DNA from: Lama guanicoe
Taxonomy: Eukaryota
Assembly (NCBI GenBank): GCA_013239625.1
Contig: MU054187.1
Span: 9,693,231 to 9,757,230 of the forward strand
Length of the DNA: 64,000 nt
Direction: 5' to 3'
The translations under genes were made by a program, and so were the position numbers. The notes beneath the pieces are model-generated. The model searched no databases and had not been told where the DNA came from. It worked only from the letters and a program-made list of their open reading frames with translations. Shown here piece after piece: positions 25,459-39,004 of the stretch (its first letter is position 1; every line of letters begins with the position of its first letter).

Positions 25459-26669
25459 TTCACAGCAGGAGGACAAATTTATCTTGAAAATGTGATGATT
25501 CCCAGATACTTGTTTTTCAAAAAAATAGAAAAAAAAAAAAACAACGTTGAAAAGTGGTGATAGCCAGGTATTTGTCTCTGAAGCAAGAATGATGTAATTC
25601 CACTTGGAGTTCATTGTCACAAAACTTCCTTTTCTCTGAGAAATTTTTCAGCTCTATGAATATGGCTTTAATTAAGAGATACACTGATCACTTGTTGACT
25701 TTGTTACTAGGGAGGAACTTTAGCTTTTCTGCCTTACTGTGTGATTGCTTTGTGCGGATTACTTTGTATGGATCACAGTGAAAACATAAAGGACTCCTGG
25801 CAATGTGCTGATTTGTATCTACTGGATTTTATAATCTGCTGTATTTTATATCCATTTCCCTATGCCAGTGTAAATCACTGTTTAGAAAGTTCTGTAGGAT
25901 TATTATGTTCTGAAGAATAAAAATATTTGATTCACAATCCATTTTTTTTTAACAAGGGGGCCATACAATGGTAATTGACATCAAAAATGAATACTTTTAC
26001 CTTTACCTGGGGGATTAAATTTTTGAATATTTCAAATATAAGGAAATGTCCCCTGAATTTAGGGAAGCCACACAGAAATCAGTTCTTTTAATTACCTTTG
26101 AAAAATTTATTTGTTCATAGATTTGTGGCAAGTTCTCTGGAATCATATAATTTGAAGTATGTCATTGTCTCAAAATCTGAAACATGACATGCACATGGGA
26201 TTCTTTTAAACCGATGTTTGAGTCTATCTTCAAGTGACATTTGATAAAATCTAACTTATTGTGGAGCAAAACCAAAACCAAAACACACTCTACTTCAAAA
26301 TCTTGACCACTTTACTCCACACCCATTGAATCATGTAATTCTTAGCTCTCCATTCACTTCTTTACCCTATCTGGGAAAAGAAAGCTGAATACGGCTCTAA
26401 AATGCAACTTATATATTAAAAGAATAAGAAAGAGTAATAAGAAGCTGTAAAGTGTGCCCTCAGCTGTCTTGGAGATTAATAGGAATGCAGAGAGAGAGAG
26501 ATCTGTACACTGGATCTAACAATTTGTGAAAGCTTGCTCCTGTCATAAAACAAAAGCCAAAACTGCCGATGAAAATGTAGAAAACGGTTCAAATAATGCT
26601 AAACGAAGCACAGTTGTTCCCCTGAATTCTCTGGTACTTATTCACGTCTCTGAGTTTCCAGTTTACACC

Positions 26670-27710
26670 ACACCGCATGCCCAGCAGGCCGTTCTGGGGT
26701 GGCGCCTGTCCCTCCGGCGGTCCGGCTCCTGCTCCCCGCGCGCACCGGCGCGCTGGCCCACGCGGCTCCTGGGCCCCAGGGCCGCCGGCACTGTCCGCTG
26801 AGCAGCGGGAAACACGCCTGGAGTCTGAGCCTCTCGACGGGATCCGCCTGGGGCCCCCGAACTTCGCGCCCACGGCGAGGCGCGGGCCGGACCTCTCGCT
26901 GTGCCGGGGCTTTGGCGGGGGTCCTGCGGGGGGCGGAAGGAGAGCCGGTTTCCGCGGCGGGGGCGCGGCGGGCCTGAGCGGGGGACGCCCAGCCTGCGGC
27001 TCCTGCCCGGCGCCGGCCGCCCCTCGGCTGAGAGCGGGCGGCTGCGCGGCGGGCCGTTCGGCTCTCCCCGGCCGCCCCGCGCGCCCCGCGGGAGGAGCCG
27101 GCCGCCGTGACGCGTCAGGGAGGAAACGCCAGCGCCCGGCGGCCCTGCCGGGAAGGAGGAAGCGCGAGTGCGCTCGGCTCCGCGCCGGCCGCGCGGGGAG
27201 GCAGCACCGCGGAGCCGGGTAGGTGCGGGGCCGCCGGGACCCAAGGCGGGTGGGCCAGCGGCAGGGCCCGCGCGCGTCCGGGCCGCAGTCGGACCCCTCG
27301 GGCGGCTGAGACGGGAGCGGGCGAGGCGTGCCTGGGCCTCGACTGCTGCCTCTCCTCGGAGCAAACGTGACTTTCCCGAGTCCCCTGGCAGCGCCCCGCT
27401 CCCTCAGCCCGGAAACCTCCGAGTTAGTCGGAAAGGAAAAGCAATACCCCCGCTCGGTCCTCAGCTCTGAGAGTTTGCGGTCTTTGTTTCCTCGAGGTGA
27501 ATTCAGATTCTGCTTTCCGATTCCTAAATGCCCGAGTGGTGTCTCGGGGGCGGGGATGTTGTTAACCCGTGCGCAGCTTTGGAGCGTAGAGCAGCCGGGA
27601 ACCCGGAGGGTGGGAGACCCCCGCTACCTGAGGTCACCTGCGAGGATCGGGGATGGATGGAGGCGGCCTCGGAGCGGAGGGCACGGAAAACATTAACCTG
27701 CTGTCGACGG
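26670..27710. promoter_or_regulatory. CpG island promoter
   Basis: About 1 kb of very GC- and CpG-rich sequence with GC boxes, E2F-like TTTGGCGG (26911), ETS-like GCGGAAG (~26933) and TGACGCGTCA (27108-27117). Confidence 0.95.
27150..27218 (+). other. Probable non-coding first exon of an unidentified gene (start approximate)
   Basis: CGG|GTAGGT donor at 27218/27219 followed by G-runs, with no ATG in the segment. A second possible donor GAG|GTGAAT lies at 27496/27497. Confidence 0.5.
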
Positions 27711-29139
27711 ACCTGTAGTCTGAGACTTTATTTGCGTTGCTACCCTTTTAAGTTCTCTGTGATTTAAACCCTTTCTGTACCTTTTAAAGTGCATTTGGCT
27801 GTATTGATTCCCACAGTTTTAGCATTGGTAGGTACCATCCAGAAATGATTGGAGATTTTTAGATTTTGTCGTTCTTAGTGGTGGTTACTTGGAAAGATAG
27901 AAAAGAGAATTCATCTCTTGAGACTCAGACTCTTATAATGAAAGCATTATTTAGTTTTGCACAGCAATTTATGAACCATCAGTAGAATTTCAGTCCTGCA
28001 GAAGACTACACACCGGGTACACTTGAGATGCAGGAATAAATACGGAGCATTAAAGTTTCTAAATCTATCAAGGTAAAGAAATATTGGGTTGTTGTATATT
28101 TTGATTCCCTACTTTGTCACTCAAGGTTGATAATTCACCCACCCAATCTGGGAAGTGCTTTATTTATTTAACAAACTTAGATAGCTCTTACTATGTGTTA
28201 GGCTCTTTCTAAGTGCTTTATAAATGTTAACTGAAATTATTAACTCAAAATGTTAAATTATAGCGGTTCTTGCTATGAAGAGGCCATGCATACTTCAGTT
28301 CCCAGAATGTCATTGCAAGAGCTAGAAACATTAGAGGAAGTTTCAGGCATATTTTAGGACTGGGTGTGCCTTCGGCCCGCTTGGTTTCCAGGCCTGTAAG
28401 CAAGCCACCACCCCTGCACTTTCTGCGGGAAGGGAGTCTGGAGACCCAGGAATGAGATCTCTTCCTTGCAGATCTCTGGCCAGATCCCTATCATCTTCTA
28501 TAATACGATCCTTCTCATCTGCCATGGTGCCCATCCTTAGCTAACCCAGGAGAGACCAGAACTTCCCTCTTTTTTCAGCTGCCACTGCATTGAGCCTCAT
28601 TTTGTTTCCTTCCTAATATGTTTGACAATTGATATGACTATAGCTTAGGTTTGAGGGTCAGATTGAATGTGAAATGTACTGTAAAATAGAACATTTTTGT
28701 TTGAACACATCAACATAACAAATGATGCTTTGTAACTTTATTGCCATTTGCTGTAGGTAACATTGAGTTGGTGGGTCAACCTTGTAGGTAGCCGTTTTGT
28801 GATTTGCAGATACATAGAGAGAATATTTTCCACAGTTAAGCATCCTCTTCAAATGAGTGCCTTGGCCTGATGGCCAGATTGAGACTCAAAGTGGTGAATA
28901 AAATAGGTATGGTTCTTGTCATTATGGTGATTATGAATCTAATGTCAGAATCTGTACATCATACTAGCTTTCTCTCTCTCTTTCATATATTTAAATTTCC
29001 AGGGAGATGATTAAATGACACACTAAGCCTTATTTAATAAAATTATGAAGTGTCTCCTGGAAGCAGGGAAGCTCACTTTCCTCTGATATAATTTATAGCA
29101 CAACAAACATTCATGAATTCAATCCAGCCAAATGACAAC

Positions 29140-29400
29140 TAACACCTTCATGGTTTACAAAGTACTTCCAGATATACTTATTTGCTCTTCAGAGAGGCCT
29201 TGTGAGGTTGGTAGCCATTTTTTAATTTCTATTTTTACAGATGAGGAAACTGAGGTATAGAAATAAAATGCTTTAGCCAGGATTGCACAGCTAGTAAGAG
29301 GCAGAGCTTGAATGGAAAGTAGGTGTGTGGACAGTTGCCTGGCACGTGTCAGCCTGTGATAAACATTTGTGGAATGAATGACTCCCAATGACTTCAGGTT
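29140..29400. mobile_element. MIR (-) plus L2 tail
   Basis: tttacagatgaggaaactgagg, then aaacatttgtggaatgaatga. Confidence 0.75.
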
Positions 29401-32400
29401 TCTTTGTTTCAAAACATTATACATCTCAAATAGCCCAGGTGATTTGTGCCTGAGAGACTGCCAGGCTTAATCCAAAGTCTCTGTTATTTCAAACATTACC
29501 TGATACAACGTATTTTCTACAAAAGGGATGAGATGGAATGCCCTTTGGACTCATTTCTAAGGATTTATCTTCTCTGGTTTCTGAAAAAGCAAATAGATTG
29601 GTTATTTTTTTTCCTTTCTCAATCATCCTCCATTTTTCATCTGGTTTGGAGGGAGTTTAGTTTGGACATACGGTTCTAGTATTTGTGTTGACAGCTTTCT
29701 GGTCTCTCCCTGCTCATTTAAGGTCATATTTAAGGATTACAAATCACTGTAAGTTTTCAATGTGAGTGAACTCAATTAAGCTATATAGATTTACGATCAA
29801 GTTCAAAGACAGCGATCATAGATATTATAATTTTTTGACATCACTACTGTGTTTTTTGAAATGTTGAAATTAATATAGTATCTTTAGAAAAAAAACCTTC
29901 AACTTTTTATCCTTCAAGCACAACTCTCTGTATGCTAAAGGATGTGACCTCCTGATGGATAACCTTCAATCAGAGAGGAAAATATGGCCATTACCTGGTG
30001 GGAAAAATTGGGAAGGGCTATTGGGGAAAATGAGAGATGCGGTAGCCTTTCCCATGGAGTGATATTAGGTGGTAAGAAAACACTTAATGAAGCCAGACTG
30101 AGTCATCTGCCTGTCAACGTTCTGTGCGGGGGTGGAATAAAATGCTTTTGAAACCTGCCTTGTTTCAGAAGCCACTCTACCTTTTCCAATCCTCATGGTT
30201 TTTTTTTTTTTCTCTTTTTAAAAAATTCATGTAAATTACTGTCTAAACTGCTGATTCATGAAAGTCAAATTATGTAACTTGTTATTCCCTACAGAAGCAG
30301 CTCCCACATGATTTTAGGGGACTCTGTCTCTGTTTTCCTTTACCCATTGCATTCCTTATGGTGGAATTTTTGTTCGCATTTCACTTTCTCCCCCTATTTC
30401 ATGGAGAAAAGTGGTGCCGATTCCACAGCTCGTAGTCCATGTCAAAGTGATTTTAACTCAGTACTAACTGAGTTAATTGTTTGCGGAAGAAGACAACATG
30501 GAAATCAGATGTTGGAGGCAGATTCAGAGCACCAATCAGAAAAGTGTTGTTGCCTGTCTGAAGCTGAGCCAGGGGAACTAGGGTCGTGTATGGTGTTCTT
30601 GCCCTTGTCCAGCTTCTCAGAGCCTTTCCTGTTTCCTGCAGGTCCTGAAAACCTGCCTTAGTTCATCTCCTTGTAGCCACTATTTCTTCTATTGTGCCAC
30701 ACCAAAATTTGTTTTCCTTGGGTGGGGGTTGGGGGTGAGTGAAAGAAGGATGATTACTTGAGGGGCATTGTTGTAGGGTAAGAGACTGGTGATATGTAAG
30801 ATGGAAAATGAGAGATGTGTGGGTGAAATAAGATGTCAGTGAGATGTCCTGGTGGAGGATTCATGCAGAGTGCTGCTCTGGCTCCTGCACCGGGGCCATA
30901 AGTATAGGGAAGACCTATATGGGATCAAAGAATGTCTGGGAAGGATTCGAAGCATCTCTTGGCACGTGATATTGGCGGGCAGAGTTCCTTTGTACCCCTG
31001 CGTGCAGAAGTGTCATTATAGGCAGCTGTTTCTTCAGGCCACATAATGAGTTTGTTTGCAGATGATTAAAATGTAGAAAGCTGGTATAGTGGCTTTTAAC
31101 TTGAGAGTAGGGATGATTTGACAGGCTTTTGGTTGAGTAAAGGCTTGGATTCTGTATCTTTATAAAGGCTTGCTCTGTTTTGAGAATGCTGATAATGTTG
31201 AGATAGTGATGATATGCTTTATACTGTTTGTGATTTTAAATAAATGACATTATATTTACAAAGCATCTAGTAATGAATGTGGTTCAGGCTAACTCTTCCA
31301 TTCAGAGTCCTCATGTATTTGCTATGCCAGTCTATACCAAATATTTTTTTTTCCTATAGGTAAAATGGACCTCATGTATAATATACTCACATACAAAACC
31401 AGACTCACTGGTGGGCTACCTAGATGAAAAGTCCTCAAGTACAGTGGGGCTTCACTCAGGACTTGAGTTCAGAAATAAGAAGAAACTTTATTACTATATT
31501 TACCTCTCTGTTTTAAAAATAAAAATAGATCAAAGTCACTTAAAATAATCTGGTTTTCCACTCAGCATCCACATACGCAGGCAAATATATACATAGACTG
31601 TATATAATCAAATGCACATATACTATATATATGACCAGCTGAAAGGAATATAGGAATCACATTCTCAGTTTCTTAGTTTCCCAAGAAAACTCTATACATC
31701 ATCCTTTTTTTCTCATTTTTGTTTTAGTTCTGTCTCTTATATTTTCTAAATATTATTTTTAATTAGAAAGATGTGCCCTTAAATTCAAGCAATTGAGAAA
31801 TATGGGAAGTAAAAAGCTTTCTCCCCTCTAATCTTACCTACAAAGGTAACCACTGCTGTTTTTTTTTCCAATCCTTCTAAACTTTTCCCTATGCTTATAT
31901 AAATTTGTGTATCTGCAAATATACACAGAGTTTTTTTAAAAAAACAGGAATCATTCTACACAGTTGGCCCTTTTATCTCTTATTTAACACTTTATCATGG
32001 ACATCTATAGATCTACACTATTGGTTTATTATTGGACAGCTGCATAGTGTTCCATTGGGTAGTTAATCATTTATCCATTTTCTATTCTATTATCTGTATG
32101 TTCACTCTTTTGTATCTTTTAAAAAATATTTAAGTCACCAAAGTAATACATTTTTCAGAAAAATAACAGAAAGATAAAATAAGAATCATCAGTAAACCTA
32201 CCGCTTAATAATCACTATTGATAGAGTGTATCTTTCTAAACTTTCACTTGTGTGTTCACGTGCATATTTCCAATGTTATTAAAAAATTTCTCATACATGC
32301 TTACTTTGTTGGTTAGAGAATCTTGTTTATGTAATCATCCACCGTCATAGATTCTGGGCACTTTTGAACTAGATATTTTACTGTATTTCTTGGCTACCTA

Positions 32401-34542
32401 CCATACCCCAAACCTGGATAGCATTACTGGAAATTTGTACTACTCCTCTTAAAGGCGATTAGGTGAGTGTGTGTGGATGGACCAACAAGTCCATCCAAAT
32501 CAGCATAAAGTATATATCCTTCTGATGGAGGTCAGTCATTATTTGTATTTTAAGTACACCTAAGACACAAGATATTTAAGAAGAGAAATGATAGAATATT
32601 CACATATAGTCGATTATGATCACTAAAGAAAAAGCAGAAATAATGGACCTGGGCCAAGGAAAAAGTGTTGAATTCAGTTAAAAAATTAGAACAGGAATCA
32701 TGCTGTAATAAAGGTATTAAAAAATTAAAAAATTAAAAATTAGAAGAGCTGAACTTTAGATGTTTTGAAATAGTCTCCTAATGATACGTACATTGTTTGA
32801 AGTAATTGGTTTAACAAAGTTTCCCCCAAGGGTAGGAATAGGTGAACTTGAAATTTCTTGTGATCTTCGTATATTATGGCTGTCTCCAAGACAGTGACAC
32901 TTGATTTAGTATAATTCCATGTATACAGCTCCCTAGTTACTCACACCACCAGTTTTTCCAGACGGCATCTGTCTGGGCTCATCTCTCCACCCTCTTTTCC
33001 TTCTCCCACAGCGCGTGTGCACAAGCTGTCACCCACACTTTCCTCCTGTACCCTTTTGTGGCCTTCCCCCACTTTCTGAGAGTTTAGCGCTCCCTTTTAA
33101 CTTTGTTCTTTTTTTCCTCTTCTTCCAGCTTTTGCTTTACAAAAACTTCTCTCTGTCTTTTCTCCATCCTACTCTCTTCATTTTGGTCTTGAGCAAAAGA
33201 TACTAATCATGGTGATACAGTTAAGAGCAAGCCTTTAATAAGGAAAAGGAAAGCTTTTAGTTTGGGAGGAAAGGTAGACATTATAAAGAACTAGTGGTTG
33301 AGAATACCCAGTAATTCCTTTCAGAATTTCCACAGAAGTCTCCACCCACCTCCTTTTCTCTAAATAAGCTGTTTTTCCTTAAGCATTGGCATGTACGATT
33401 AAAGTTAAAACTATTTATAGTTTTTTTGGTTCATGTCATTGCAATTGCAATAGCAATGTTTTGTGTGTTTTTCCCCCTCTTGAAGATGTTAGCCACATTA
33501 TAGATTGAATAGAGAGAGTTTTGTTCTTGAAAGCTAACTTGTAGGTGAGACCACTGTTCCCTTCAGAAAATAAATTGGAAGTTCTAGAGATCTGGCTTAA
33601 AAACAACCTCTCAGTTTTTAAGCAGGTTGAAGACTAAGAAGGTTATCTTAGACCAAAGGTTAGTAATCTTTGAGAAGTAATGTGTCAAGATTCCACACCC
33701 TCTCCTTCCAGACTTCCATCAGCAGAGAAATGCGTTGGTGGGAAGCATAAATGGATCAGCCTTCCATCCTTGGGGATTAGAGAAGTGATGAGGACTGCAG
33801 GAATGACGGGGTATTGCTGGCGCCTCTCTCAAGAGCTTCGGGTAGGAGATCAAGCCCAGGTGGCATACTTCATGTCAACTTCAGCTCACCTATAAAGGTG
33901 CTTGAGCCAACATTGTGAGGAGCTGGGCACCAAGGCAATAGCTGGTTAGGCTGCACTGAGAGTAAAGGCCCATTTTTTCATAAACATGAATGAAAAAGGT
34001 TTTTAAAAAGACATTTTTATTCAGCCTCCAAACCACATGGCACTAAAATTGATGATGGCTTAAACATGAAAGTGCTGTATTTTTTGCCTATTTGAACTTG
34101 GACCACTGCTAATAAACATTCAGAAGTTAAGACTTTATTATAATTTAAAAAAAAATAGTTCTTAGTTTTGTTGTTCTAAGTGTACACAGCTGTGCATAGT
34201 TCACTTTTAGTCCATGCTAACATAAGGACCTTTCTCTTTTTTTAATTCATCTCCTTTTACCCCTCCTCTCTCTTCTCATGAATATCTGGCTTAGTTCATT
34301 TATTTTTTGCCTATAGGAAATGACTTTTTTAAATTAATGAAAGAGAAGATATTCCAGTATTTTAGCAGAGAAGAGTTTTTAAGAGATTTATAAGACTGTG
34401 CCCCCTTCCCCCTGATTTTTGTCTCCGCCATTGATTTTCCTTTATTTCTGATTCCTACTAACTTTAACATCATTTATTTTTGTTCCTCCTTCTAAAAATC
34501 TATTCAAGTGTGAACAGAGGTCCCTGTCCCATCGAATTTGTC

Positions 34543-36188
34543 TGTTGCCTTAGTCAGCCTTTAAAACAAAAAGGTAAGAAGTTCAGCCAGCAAAAGTGAG
34601 TTTATTCAGGAATAGCAGAGGACATGCAGACTTGTGGTGAACCATAGGTAAGGCCAGAGAGCAAAGGAGATGAAAGGTCTTTTACAGAGAAAAGGAGGAA
34701 GAATTGGGAAGGGCCGTTTTTGAACAAAAAAGTCCATTGGAGCAGAGCCAGAATTCAAAGGGTTGTGGCAGCTCCATATTGGCTTAGTTGTTGTGATGTC
34801 TCCTTGGCTGGGCTGTTGCTGGGCAAGGAGAAAAATCACCCTTCCTCCTGCTGGGGTTTGTAAAGTAAGCTGCTTCCTGTTGAGGTCTGCAAGCTGCCAC
34901 CAGTGGTAGTGTGTGACAGCTCCCCCTCCAGGGCCTCCTGATTCTGTTTTACTTTATTTTAAAATGTTATTAATTATTATTATTATTTACAAATTTCCCT
35001 ATTAAAATTTTAATTGAAGTGTAATTGACTTCATAATATAATATTATATTATATTACTTTCCAGTATATAAACTGGTGATTCAGTATTTTGATACGTTAT
35101 AACATGATCACCACAGTAAGACTAGTAACCATCTGTCACCATACAAAGTTGTTATTGCATTATTGACTATATCCCCAATGCTATACATTACATCCTTGTG
35201 GCTTACTTTGTAACTGGAATTTTGTACCTCTTACTCTTCCTCACCTATTTTACTTACCCCCTCACCTGCCTCCCTTTTGGCAACCACCAGTTTGTTCTCT
35301 GTATCTATGAGTCTGTTTCTATTTTATGTTTGTTCATTTGTTTGCTTTTCTTAAATTCCACCTATAAGTGAAGTCATATGATGTTTGTCTTTCTGACTTA
35401 TTTCACTTGGCATAATACCCTCTGGATCCATCCATGTTGTCACAAATGTCAATATTTCATTCTTCTTATGGCTGAGTAATACTCCATTGTATATATATAC
35501 CACATCTTCTTTATCCATTCATCTATTGGTGGACACTTAACTTGCTTCCAATCTGGCAATTGTAAATAATGCTGCTATGACCATGGGGGTGCCTGAATCT
35601 TTTTAAATTAGTGTTTCTGTTTTCTCTGGAGAAAGAGTGGAGTGGAATTGTTGGATCATATGGTAGTTCTATTTTTAAATTTTTGAGAAACCTCCATATT
35701 GTTTTCCATAGTGGCTGTACCAATTTACATTCACACCAAGAATGCATGAGGGTTCTTTTTCTCTATATCCTCATCAATGCTTGTTATTTGTTGTCTTTTT
35801 GACGATAGCCGTTCTAATAGGTATGAGGTGATATTTCATTGTAGTTTTGATTTGCATTTCCCTAATGATTAGTGATGTTGAGCATCTTTTCATGTGTCTG
35901 TTGGCCATCTGTATGTCTTCTTTGGAAAAGTGTCTGTTCAGGTCCTCTGCCCATTTTTTAATTGGGTTGTTTGTTTTTTTGATGTTGGGTTGTATGAGTT
36001 CTTTGTATGTTTTGGATATTAACCCCTAATCAGATATATCGTTTCCAATATTTCCTCCCATTCAGTAGGCAACCTTTTCATTTTGTTGATAGTTTCCTTT
36101 CCTGTGCAAAAGCTTTTTAGTTTGATGTAGTCCCATTTGTTTATTTTTCTTTCTATTTTAAATGAGGTTTCCTTTATTCATTTTCACA
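34543..36188 (-). mobile_element. Solo ERV-type LTR split by an L1 insertion
   Basis: On - strand begins TGTGAAAATGAATAAAGGAAACCTCATT (36188), resumes at ~34950, has AATAAA at 34601-34606 and ends ...GGCAACA. No clean TSD seen. Confidence 0.65.
34952..36150 (-). mobile_element. 5'-truncated L1 (3' UTR plus ORF2 C-terminal remnant)
   Basis: ORF 35523..35747 reads [33 protein letters not shown], the L1 ORF2p C-terminus. Flanking ttct(g/a)tttta repeats. Confidence 0.92.
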
Positions 36189-36657
36189 CTTTCATTGGAA
36201 TATTTTAGGATGAAAAATTTGCCTTTGAGATGCAGAATGGTATATATAAATTACTACAACTGCATAGAAAACAAGAAAAACTGATTTTTTTGCTTTGTCT
36301 AAACATAAAGAAGGATACATAAGAAATTAACATTGTTTATCTGTTTTGGGGATTGAGTGATAAGAACTGGGTGGATAGGGACAGGAGTGGAAAGCAAACT
36401 TTTCACTGTCTCTTTGATTTTTTTCTTGTTTTTTTAACCAGGTAAATATATAACCCACTGTAAAAAATAGTTTTAAAAATTGTGTCTGTGGGTTTTCTGA
36501 CTTAAAAAAATAGATCTATATATTTCTGTTGTCCTTTTCCATAAGTTTTTAGTAATGTTGTTTTAAATATTTTTTTAAGAATGCACATGTAGTCTAGTCT
36601 CACATGACTAGCAGTAGGATTTTGCAGGCGTCTTGATCTGGCTTTGTTCCCCTTCAG

Positions 36658-36738
36658 CACTGCTCTCAAGTGCTGTGACTAGGATTCATTATGAAGTCTT
36701 CCCTTAGGAAATTCTCACACTGCAAATGCGGCCAAACC
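36658..36738 (+). other. Candidate internal 81-nt exon (5' UTR-like)
   Basis: ctttgttccccttcAG acceptor and CC|GTAAGT donor in non-repeat sequence. Confidence 0.4.
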
Positions 36739-39004
36739 GTAAGTTATTGTTGGCTTATTTGAAGAACCATTTAACTGAAATTGTCTGCAGTATTCTGCCA
36801 ACTGGATACTCAGTTTTTCCTAATAAAACTGTTAGATAATACCAGTATAATTAGTGCAAAGTTAGTTGATTTTTTTCCCCAAGGTATCTTGTATCTCATC
36901 ATGGTTAGTTATAATTTCCCTACTTAAAATTATATGAGTTTGGTGCTTTTAGAAAATAAAAGTTGGTTTACTTTTAGTATTTAGAGAATTCTGCTCTTTT
37001 TACTACACACTAAGCCAAATAGTTTCTTTCATAAGGATTTTTACAGTTTCTGTCATTTGTGATAGGTATTTTACCCTGTGGAGAACAAAGATGAACTAAT
37101 ATTTACTGAGTATTCATTTCTGTTTGGTCAATTTATTTGTTAGAAATTAAAAGTTTATTTACTAATATGTGGTTGAGATGACAGCTCCAGAAAAAGTAAC
37201 AAATGGCACCACATTTTCATGCTAACTAGAATTGGTGATTAAATTTTCTTTCTTGTTTTTCATAGTAATATTATTTGATCTGTACCTCCAAGAATTCTAT
37301 GAAACACACATTTCAAAATTGGCAATGGTAGAGAGGCTATGTGAGATCAAGTTAGTAGAGGCAATTTAAAATATATCAGCATATGGATACCAATAAATTC
37401 TCTTCAACTAAGAATACTTGGGCATTTTAGTGCCATGTGTTTGTAAAGACAATATTTGACTTTGCCTTGTAGCACAGACAAACTATTCTGTATTTAAAAA
37501 ACAACTATTGTTTTAAAAACCCCACATTTTAGCGTCGTTTAAAAAAAACTGTATTTGTAGTAAGAGTGATCCCTCATTTAATGAATCCTGTCTTCAGACA
37601 GTGACCATTTTGGAAGGCCATTTGGCCTAGGTTGATAAAGGGTATGGGTTAGAATGTAGAAGAGAAATGCTACATCATTTCTAGATTATTTAGATTTCTA
37701 GGTTATGGGGGGCAGGGATAGCAGTTCAGGAGAAAACGTAGATTGGAGAACAAATAGCAACTACAGAAGAATCAAAAAGAACGTGATAGTGGAAAAAGTA
37801 TAGAAGTAGATGAAGGAGGAGAAGGTAGGTGCAGAAATCTTAGTAGGTCCTTGGCAGAGAGGCCAGTACCCAGAAATGCATTCCTAGGCTTTCTAAATCT
37901 GCGTCTACCTCCAGGAGGGAAGTTTCTGAGAGTGAAATCTGTTGTTGGAACACGGCCTCTTCAGTAGTGCAGTCATTGCAGTAATTGAATTACCTCTTTC
38001 CATGCAGTCCTTGTGGCATATTCTCTTTTGGCAACACTGAATATCCAAAGGAGTGGATGTGATTGTTTTATTAAGTCTCTTCAAATCCTACAGCTGACTT
38101 AGGGAAGAGATGATAACATGCAAAAGTGCTTGGCCTAGTTAAGGGCACAAAATAGGCACTTGATAGATGTTGGCTGATACTAACTTGTCCAAAATATTCT
38201 AATATTTAATAGCCTTCACTAGGGAATTTCGAAGGCCCAGGTTATAGTGTTAGATCTGCCACTAACTTGTTAAGTGAGCCTTTGCAAGTGACTTTATTTT
38301 CTTTGATTGTAAATTCTCAAAGTTCCTTCCACCTCTAAAATTCTATGGTTTTATTAAATTCATATAGAAAAAAAAGCTTTAAATAAAGATTATTCTTTTA
38401 ATAGAGGTGAAAGTTTTTGTTGTTCTCAACTTTTACAGTTTTAACTATGGTACACTACATGAATAAGATTCTTTATAGCGTTATCTAAAGCCAACCACTG
38501 ATTTGTTTGAAAACAGAAGGTTTCTTTGCAGTGTCATTTAGCCTGGCATTGCCATGAATCCAAGAATTATTCTACACTAATCAGAGAACAGTGATGCAGT
38601 TGTACTTAAATTTAGAGTTCCACACAGCCATTCACCAGAGATGAATTGAGGTGAACAAGTACTCCTAACTTAATTTGCAAAAGTTCTAAAATGGACTGGT
38701 GGAATTCACTGCAGGAATCACAGTGAAAAGCAGGTTGAAAGTGTGGCTCAGATCATGCGAGGCTGGTGGAGAAACTATCGCTACTTTTTGTTGTATTTGT
38801 TTTCTGGGTCCGTGTGATTTTTAGTAAAAATTTAATGTAGATTTTGGGAGCATTTTTACCATTTTGAAATGTTGATGTATGGTGTGCCTATTAGAGAGTG
38901 AATTAGTGTGGTTGGTCACCTTTGCTTTCAAAGGAAGCCAATGCCTGGCTTCAAAGAATGCTGTATGGAATCCAAATCAAATTTAAACTCTCTTTTTTTT
39001 AAAC

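Noticed and set aside
26526..27767. Many overlapping ORFs up to 233 aa
   Set aside because: Low-complexity G/P/A/R translations on both strands, mostly with non-ATG starts. This is the expected stop-codon depletion of a CpG island.
33438..33451. 14-bp perfect palindrome ATTGCAATTGCAAT
   Set aside because: A few palindromes of this length are expected by chance in 64 kb.
35523..36029. Three ORFs of 60-74 aa
   Set aside because: Sense and antisense readings of the same L1 fragment.
34506..36191. 9-bp inverted repeat aagtgtgaa / ttcacactt suggesting a DNA transposon
   Set aside because: The interior is LTR plus L1 sequence with no transposase remnant or TSD. It is probably coincidental with the LTR's TG...CA end.
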